A stretch of 54,622 nt of DNA from Nemertoderma westbladi (lineage: Eukaryota; Animalia; Xenacoelomorpha), in NCBI GenBank assembly GCA_032718475.1, contig JAUCBJ010001092.1:1-54622 (forward strand), in the 5' to 3' direction. Shown here piece after piece: positions 46,701 to 54,622 of this stretch (position 1 is the first letter of the stretch; every line of letters begins with the position of its first letter). The notes below the pieces were generated by a model. That model ran no database searches. It saw only the letters and a program-made list of their open reading frames with translations, and was not told the DNA's origin. The position numbers were made by a program, and so were the translations under genes.

Positions 46701-49700
46701 CACATGTACTGAGTTTTAGAAAATATTGTAGTTTATGTCCAAATTACCGATTTTCTATCAAAATGCATCTGTTTGTAGTGGTTGTCATGGAAACTGAAAA
46801 ATAGAACAATGTAATTCGGATGCAGAATAAGTCATATAGTGGGGGTAGGTGTTGGTCCCAAGTCATAATACTATTAACTTGTGCTTCAAATTATCATTTT
46901 ATAAATTTTAATATCTGTTTAGTCTTGTTGCTATGGTGACTGGAATTTCTAATTAACCTCGAACGGCTTGGATATGAACCTTATAGTTGAGTTGAGAAAT
47001 TCAGGCTTAGGCTTCAAATTAACATTTTATAAATTTTAACATCTGTTTATCCCGGTTGCCAAGGTAACTGGATTTTCTATTTAGCCTCAATCGGATCTGC
47101 TATGGACCTTATAGTTGTGTTGCGAAACCCCAAGTTTATATCTATTATAGTTTTCCTACAAATAGAGTTATAAATATTGACTTGAAATACATAGACTTTT
47201 TTTGAAGTCCGTTGCCATGGAAACCAGATTTTTCCTGGATATGAGACCCGGCCCAAAAGATGCGCCTCGTCGAGTAGTATATACATGCAAAATTTCAGGG
47301 TACTTTTAAAGGCTAGTTTTTTCGCCTATCAAAAAACCCCAAATCTGCCTCACACAAGTAAAATAGCCCACTATGAATAGACCATCTCAGCTAAGGAAAA
47401 TCTTTCTTAGCGAAAGTAGTTGATTTTCCTTAGCTTCGTGGATTGTGGGGGTAGGGGTTAGTCCCAAGTCATAATACTAGAAAGGCATTTCCTAAAGGAA
47501 ATGCAACCACGAAGCTAAGGAAAATTAAACAAACGGCCACAATTTGGTTCGTTGCTTAGCCTAGTTTAGTAGCATTTGCCAATAAATAACTTCTATTCCC
47601 ATGGAAACTAGAGTTCTCTGGAACTGTTGGTTTTACCTTTGAAAAAAGATTCAGTCCAGATTGTTTTTCAGATAACACATCGAGTTTCAGAAAATATTGT
47701 AGTTTATGTCCAAATTACAGATTTTCTATCAAAATGCATCTGTTTGCAGTGGTTGTCATGGAAACTGAAAAATAGAACAATGTAATTCGGATGCAGAATA
47801 AGTCATATAGTGGGGGTAGGTGTTGGTCCCAAGTCATAATACTATTAAATTGTGCTTCAAATTATCATTTTATTAATTTTAACATCTGTTTACTCTTGTT
47901 GCTATGGTAAATAGATTTTCTAATTAACTTCGAACGGCTTGTATATGGATATGGACCTTATAGATGAGTTGCAAAACCCCAAGTTTATATATATTACAGT
48001 TTTTCTCCAAATAGAGTTATGATTATAGACTTGAATGATATATAACTTTAAAAAAACTACAGTTACCATGGTAACTAGATATTTCTGGAATGTTTTGAGT
48101 TTCACTAAAAGTTCCAACTAGTGGTCCAGATAACACATACCTAGTTTCGTAAAATTTTATCGTGAAGTCTATGTACAAATGAATAATTTTCGTATAAAAA
48201 CATCTGTTTTCAGCGGTTGTCAAGGTAACTGCAAAATAGAACAATCAAATTCGGACGCAGAATAAGTTATATAGTGGGGGTAGGGATTGGTCCCAAGTCA
48301 TCAAACCTTAACCTTAGGCTTCAAATTAACATTTTATAAATTTTAACATCTGTTTAGCCCGGTTGCCAGGGTAACTGGATTTTCTATTTAACCTCAATCG
48401 GCTCTGCTATGGACCTTATAGTTGTGTTGAGAAACCCCAAGTTTATATCTATTATAGTTTTCCTACAAATAGAGTTATAGATATTGACTTGAAATACATA
48501 GACTTTTTTCTAAGTCCGTTGCCATGGAAACCAGATTTTTCCTGGATATGAGACCCAGCCCAAAAGATGCGCCTCGACGAGTAGTATATACATGCAAAAT
48601 TTCAGGGTACTTTTAAAGGCTAGTTTTTTCACCGATCAAAAAAAACCAAATCTGCCTCACACAAGTAAAATAGCCCACTATGAATAGACCATCTCAGCTA
48701 AGGAAAATCTTTCTTAGCGAAAGTAGTTGATTTTCCTTAGCTTCGTGGACTATTAACTTGTGCTTCAAATTATCATTTTATAAATTTTAACATCTGTTTA
48801 GACTTGTTGCTATGGTAACTGTATTTTCTAATTAACCTCAAACGGCTTGGATATGGATCTTATAGATGAGTTGCAAAACCCCAAGTTTATATATATTACA
48901 GTTTTGCTACAAATAGAGTTATCAATATAGATTTGAATGATATAGAGTTTAATAAACTACAGTTACCATGGTAACTAAATTTCTGGAATAATTTAAGTTT
49001 CACTAAAAGTTCCAACTCGTGGTCCAGATAACACATACCCAGTTTTGTAAAATTTTATCGTGAAGTCTATGTCCAAATGAATAAGTTTTGAATAAAAACA
49101 TCTGTTTTCAGCGGTTGTCATGGTAACTGAAAAATAGAACAATGTAATTCGGATGCAGAATAAGTTATATAGTGGGGGTAGGGGTTGGTCCCAAGTCATA
49201 ACACCTTAACCTTAGGCTTCAAATTAACATTTTATAAATTTTAACATCTGTCTAGCCCGGTTGCCAAGGTAACTGGATTTTCTATTTAACCTCAATCGGC
49301 TCTGCTATGGACCTTATAGTTGTGTTGAGAAACCCCAAGTTTATATCTATTATAGTTTTCCTACAAATAGAGTTTTAAATATTGACTTGAAATACATAGA
49401 CTTTTTTCTAAGTCCGTTGCCATGGAAACCAGATTTTTCCTGGATATGAGACCCAGCCCAAAAGATGCGCCTCGACGAGTAGTATATACATGCAAAATTT
49501 CAGGGTACTTTTAAAGGCTAGTTTTTTCACCTATCAAAAAAAACCAAATCTGCCTCACACAAGTAAAATAGCCCACTATGAATAGACCATCTCAGCTAAG
49601 GAAAATCTTTCTTAGCGAAAGTAGTTGATTTTCCTTAGCTTCGTGGATAAAATAGTTGTGTAATTAGTAAATATTTAATTCAATAGGTTATGTAACAACT

Positions 49701-52700
49701 TAATTACGAGAAAGGCATTTCCTAAAGGAAATGCAACCACGAAGCTAAGGAAAATTAAACAAACGGCCACACTTTGGTTCGTTGCTTAGCCTCGTTTAGT
49801 AGCAATTGTCAATAATTAACTTATATTCCCTTGGAAACTAGAGTTCTCTGGAACTGTTGCTTTAACCTTTGAAAAAAAATTCAGTACAGATTGTGGTTCA
49901 GATAACACATACTGAGTTCCAGAAAATATTGTAGTTTATGTCCAAATTACCGATTTTCTATCAAAATGCATCTGTTTGCAGTGGTTGTCATGGAAACTAA
50001 GAAATAGAACAATGTAATTCGGATGCAGAATAAGTCATATAGTGGGGGTAGGGGTTAGTCCCAAGTCATAATACTATTAACTTGTGCTTCAAATTATCAT
50101 GTTATAAATTTTAACATCTGTTTAGACTTGTTGCTATGGTAACTGTATTTTCTAATTAACCTCAAACGGCTTGGATATGGATCTTATAGATGAGTTGCAA
50201 AACCCCAAGTTTATATATATTACAGTTTTGCTACAAATAGAGTTATCAATATAGATTTGAATGATATAGAGTTTAATAAACTACAGTTACCATGGTAACT
50301 AAATTTCTGGAATAATTTAAGTTTCACTAAAAGTTCCAACTAGTGGTCCAGATAACACATACACAGTTTTGTAAAATTTTATCATGAAGTCTATGTCCAA
50401 ATGAATAAGTTTTGAATAAAAACATCTGTTTTCAGCGGTTGTCATGGTAACTGAAAAATAGAACAATGTAATTCGGATGCAGAATAAGTTATATAGTGGG
50501 GGTAGGGATTGGTCCCAAGTCATAACACGTTGCCCTTAGGCCTCAAATTAACATTTTATAAATTTTAACATCTGTTTATCCCGGTTGCTAAGGTAACTGG
50601 ATTTTCTATTTAGCCTCAATCGGATCTGCTATGGACCTTATAGTTGAGTTGCGAAACCCCAAGTTTATATGTATTATAGTTTTCCTACAAATAGAGTTAT
50701 AAATATTGACTTGAAATACACAGACTTTTTTTGAAGTCCGTTGCCATGGAAACCAGATTTTTCCTGGATATGAGACCCGGCCCAAAAGATGCGCCTCGTC
50801 GAGTAGTATATACATGCAAAATTTCAGGGTACTTTTAAAGGCTAGTTTTTTCCCCGACCAAAAAAAAACAAATCTGCCCCATACAAGTAAAATAGCCCAC
50901 TATGAATAGACCATCTCAGCTAAGGAAAATCTTTCTTAGCGAAAGTAGTTGATTAACTTTGAGCCTCGGCTGCGCCTCGGCTAGTTCCTACTCCTTGGGT
51001 TAAAACAACCGGAAAAACAACAAAATAACAGGTAAATAATTATAGATGATATACGAGAAAGGCATTTCCTAAAGGAAATGCAACCACGAAGCTAAGGAAA
51101 ATTAAACAAACGGCCACACTTTGGTTCGTTGCTTAGCCTCGTTTAGTAGCAATTGTCAATAATTAACTTCTATTCCCATGGAAACTAGAGTTCTCTGGAA
51201 CTGTTGCTTTAACCTTTGAAAAAAAATTCAGTACAGATTGTGGTTCAGATAACACATATACTGAGTTTCAGAAAATATTGTAGTTTATGTCCAGATTACC
51301 GATTTTCTATCAAATTGCATCTGTTTGCAGTGGTTGTCATGGAAACTGAAAAATAGAACAATGTAATTCGGATGCAGAATAAGTCATATTGTGGGGGTAG
51401 GGGTTAGTCCCAAGTCATAACACTATTAACTTGTGCTTCAAATTATCATTTCATAAATTTTAACATCTGTTTAGACTTGTTGCTATGGTAACTGTATTTT
51501 CTAATTAACCTCAAACGGCTTGGATATGGATCTTATAGATGAGTTGCAAAACCCCAAGTTTATATATATTACAGTTTTGCTACAAATAGAGTTATCAATA
51601 TAGATTTGAATGATATAGAGTTTAATAAACTACAGTTACCATGGTAACTAGATATTTCTGGAATGTTTTGAGTTTCACTAAAAGTTCCAACTAGTGGTCC
51701 AGATAACACATACCTAGTTTCGTAAAATTTTATCGTGAAGTCTATGTACAAATGAATAATTTTCGTATAAAAACATCTGTTTTCAGCGGTTGTCAAGGTA
51801 ACTGCAAAATAGAACAATCAAATTCGGACGCAGAATAAGTTATATAGTGGGGGTAGGGATTGGTCCCAAGTCATCACACCTTAACTTAGGCTTCAAATTA
51901 ACATTTTAAAAATTTTAACATCTGTTTAGCCCGGTTGCCAAGGTGACTGGATTTTCTATTTAACCTCAATCGGCTCTGCTATGGACCTTATAGTTGTGTT
52001 GAGAAACCCCAAGTTTATATGTATTATAGTTTTCCTACAAAATAGAGTTACAAATATTGACTTGAAATACATAGACTTTTTTTGAAGTCCGTTGCCATGG
52101 AAACCAGATTTTTCCTGGATATGAGACCCGGCCCAAAAGATGCGCCTCGTCGAGTAGTATATACATGCAAAATTTCAGGGTACTTTTAAAGGCTAGTTTT
52201 TTCCCCGACCAAAAAAAAACAAATCTGCCCCATACAAGTAAAATAGCCCACTATGAATAGACCATCTCAGCTAAGGAAAATCTTTCTTAGCGAAAGTAGT
52301 TGATTTTCCTTAGCTTCGTGGACATATTAAAAACAAGCAATATTCTTCAAATTGACCATACGGTAGTACGTGGCCTGTATAGCGTAGTACTAAAGTAGAC
52401 ATTATTAAACACGGTTTAAAGATATTGAAATTGATACGAGAAAGGCATTTCCTAAAGGAAATGCAACCACGAAGCTAAGGAAAATTAAACAAACGGCCAC
52501 ACTTTGGTTCGTTGCTTATAGCCTAGTTTAGTAGCAATTGCCAATAATTTACTTCTATTCCCATGGAAACTAGAGTTCTCTGGAACTGTGGGTTTTACCT
52601 TTGAAAAAAGATTCAGTCCAGATTGTGGTTCAGATTATAACACATATACCGAGTTTCAGAAAATATTGTAGTTTATGTCCAAATTACCGATTTTCTATCA

Positions 52701-54619
52701 AAATGCATCTGTTTGCAGTGGTTGTCATGGAAACTGAAAAATATAATAATGTAATTCGGATGCAGAATAAGTCATATAGTGGGGGTAGGTCTTGGTCCCA
52801 AGTCATAATACTATTAACTTGTGCTTCAAATTATCATTTTATAAATAGTAACATCTGTTTAGTCTTGTTGCTATGGTAACTGTACTTTCTAATTAACCTC
52901 AAACGGCTTGGATGGATATGGAAATTATAGATGAGTTACAAAACCCCAAGTTTATATATATTACAGTTTTGCTAGAAATAGAGTTATCAATATAGACTTG
53001 AATGATATAGAGTTTAATAAACTACAGTTACCATGGTAACTAAATTTCTGGAATGATTTAAGTTTCACTAAAAGTTCCAACTAGTGGTGCAGATAACACA
53101 TACCCAGTTTTGTAAAATTTTATCGCGAAGTCTATGTCCAAATGAATAATTTTTGTATAAAAACATCTGTTTTCGGCTGTTGTCATGGTAACTGAAAAAT
53201 AGAACAATGTAATTCGGATGCAGAATAAGTTATATAGTAGGGGTAGGGGTTGGTCTCAAGTCATAACACCTTGCCCTTAGGCCTCAAATTATCATTTTAT
53301 AAATTTTAACATCTGTTTATCCCGGTTGCCAACGTAACTGGATTTTCTATTTAGCCTCAATCGGATCTGCTATGGACCTTATAGTTGTGTTGCGAAACCC
53401 CAAGTTTAAATCTATTATAGTTTTCCTACAAATAGAGTTATAAATATTGACTTGAAATACATAGACTTTTTTTGAAGTCCGTTGCCATGGAAACCAGATT
53501 TTTCCTGGATATGAGACCCGGCCCAAAAGATGCGCCTCGCCGAGTAGTATATACATGCAAAATTTCAGGGTACTTTTAAAGGCTAGTTTTTTCGCCTATC
53601 AAAAAACCCCAAATCTGCCTCACACAAGTAAAATAGCCCACTATGAATAGACCATCTCAGCTAAGGAAAATCTTTCTTAGCGAAAGTAGTTGATTTTCCT
53701 TAGCTTCGTGGACTATTAACTTGTGCTTCAATAATTATAATTTTATAAATTTTAACATCTGTTTAGTCTTGTTACTATGGTAACTGGATTGTGTAATTAA
53801 CGTGGAACGGCTTGTATATGGATGGACCTTATTGATGTGTTGCAAAACCCCAAATTTATATATATTACATTATTTTGCTACAAATAGAGTATTGAATTTA
53901 GACTTGAATGATATAGACTTTAATAAACTCCAGTCACCATGGTAACTAGATATTTCTGGAATGTTTTCAGTTTCACCAAAAGTCCCAACTAGTGGTCCAG
54001 ATAACACATACCCAGTTTCATAAAATTTTATCATGAAGTCTATGTCCAAATGAGTAATTTTTGCATAAAAACATCTGTTTTCAGCGGTTGTCATGGTAAC
54101 TGCAAAATAGAACAATCAAATTCGGACGCAGAATAATTTATATAGTGGGGGTAGGGGTTGGTCCCAAGTAATAACACCTTAACCTTAGGCTTCAAATTAA
54201 CATTTTATAAATTTTAACATCTGTTTAGCCTGGTTGCCAAGGTAACTGGATTTTCTATTTAACTTCAATCGGCTCTGCTATGGACCTTATAGTTGAGTTG
54301 AGAAACCCCAAGTTTATATCTATTATAGTTTTCCTACAAATAGAGTTATAAATATTGACTTGAAATACATAGACTTTTTTTGAAGTCCGTTGCCATGGAA
54401 ACCAGATTTTTCCTGGATATGAGACCCGGCCCAAAAGATGCGCCTCGTCGAGTAGTATATACATGCAAAATTTCAGGGTACTTTTAAAGGCTAGTTTTTT
54501 CACCTATCAAAAAAAACCAAATCTGCCTCACACAAGTAAAATAGCCCACTATGAATAGACCATCTCAGCTAAGGAAAATCTTTCTTAGCGAAAGTAGTTG
54601 ATTTTCCTTAGCTTCGTGG
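40703..54619. mobile_element. Nested cluster of 11 copies of a ~1.27-kb non-autonomous Helentron/HINE (DINE-1-like) element
   Basis: Left ends acgagaaaggcatttcctaaaggaaatgc at 40703, 42570, 42822, 45153, 46497, 47476, 49706, 51053 and 52436. Right ends …ttttccttagcttcgtgg at 42552, 44086, 45101, 46417, 47441, 48748, 49646, 50954 (truncated), 52321, 53711 and 54619. Each complete copy has asymmetric 18-bp subTIRs (ccacgaagctaaggaaaa), a terminal hairpin gcatttcc-taaa-ggaaatgc, a partial IR next to the other subTIR, central tandem repeats and no TSD. Confidence 0.8.
42822..44086 (-). mobile_element. Complete exemplar copy (1265 bp) of the Helentron/HINE-like element, inserted inside another copy
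   Basis: Removing it restores ttttct|atcaaaatgc, the uninterrupted sequence seen in other copies such as 47722-47737. The strand follows the DINE-1 convention (hairpin at the 3' end). Confidence 0.8.
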
Positions 54620-54622
54620 AAT

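Noticed and set aside
41211-54503. Recurrent short - strand ORFs (MSWDQPLPP…, MYILLDEAHLLGR…) as a gene family
   Set aside because: They recur only because the non-coding element is repeated. Stops and frames differ among copies, and there is no Rep, helicase or transposase motif.
40703-54619. The repeated element as a non-autonomous partner of the adjacent Crypton recombinase
   Set aside because: Its ends share no sequence with the putative Crypton ends, and the subTIR + hairpin + central tandem repeat layout fits Helentron/HINE better. Not formally excluded, because both classes lack TSDs.

Overview
Eukaryotic, most likely animal, repeat-rich genomic DNA. It carries three intact single-exon housekeeping genes on the + strand: an EED/Esc-family PRC2 WD40 subunit, RAB3GAP1 and the NUP98-NUP96 polyprotein. 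It also carries an intact Crypton-type tyrosine recombinase ORF, RTE-group LINE fragments, several non-autonomous TIR transposons (MULE-, hAT-, Merlin- and Kolobok-like) and large minisatellites with 15, 27 or 30 bp units. The last 14 kb is a same-orientation, self-nested pile of 11 copies of a ~1.27 kb Helentron/HINE-like element. Those copies insert at T|A without a target duplication and carry RFX X-box palindromes every ~150 bp. The most unusual signals are two small, sequence-unrelated modules (4629-4768 and 20493-20651, - strand) that share one architecture: flanking inverted repeats around a tRNA-type Pol III promoter (A and B boxes) joined to a type I hammerhead ribozyme. The hammerhead is intact at 20521-20563 and degenerate at 4670-4712. 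All calls come from reading the sequence by eye; no searches were run.
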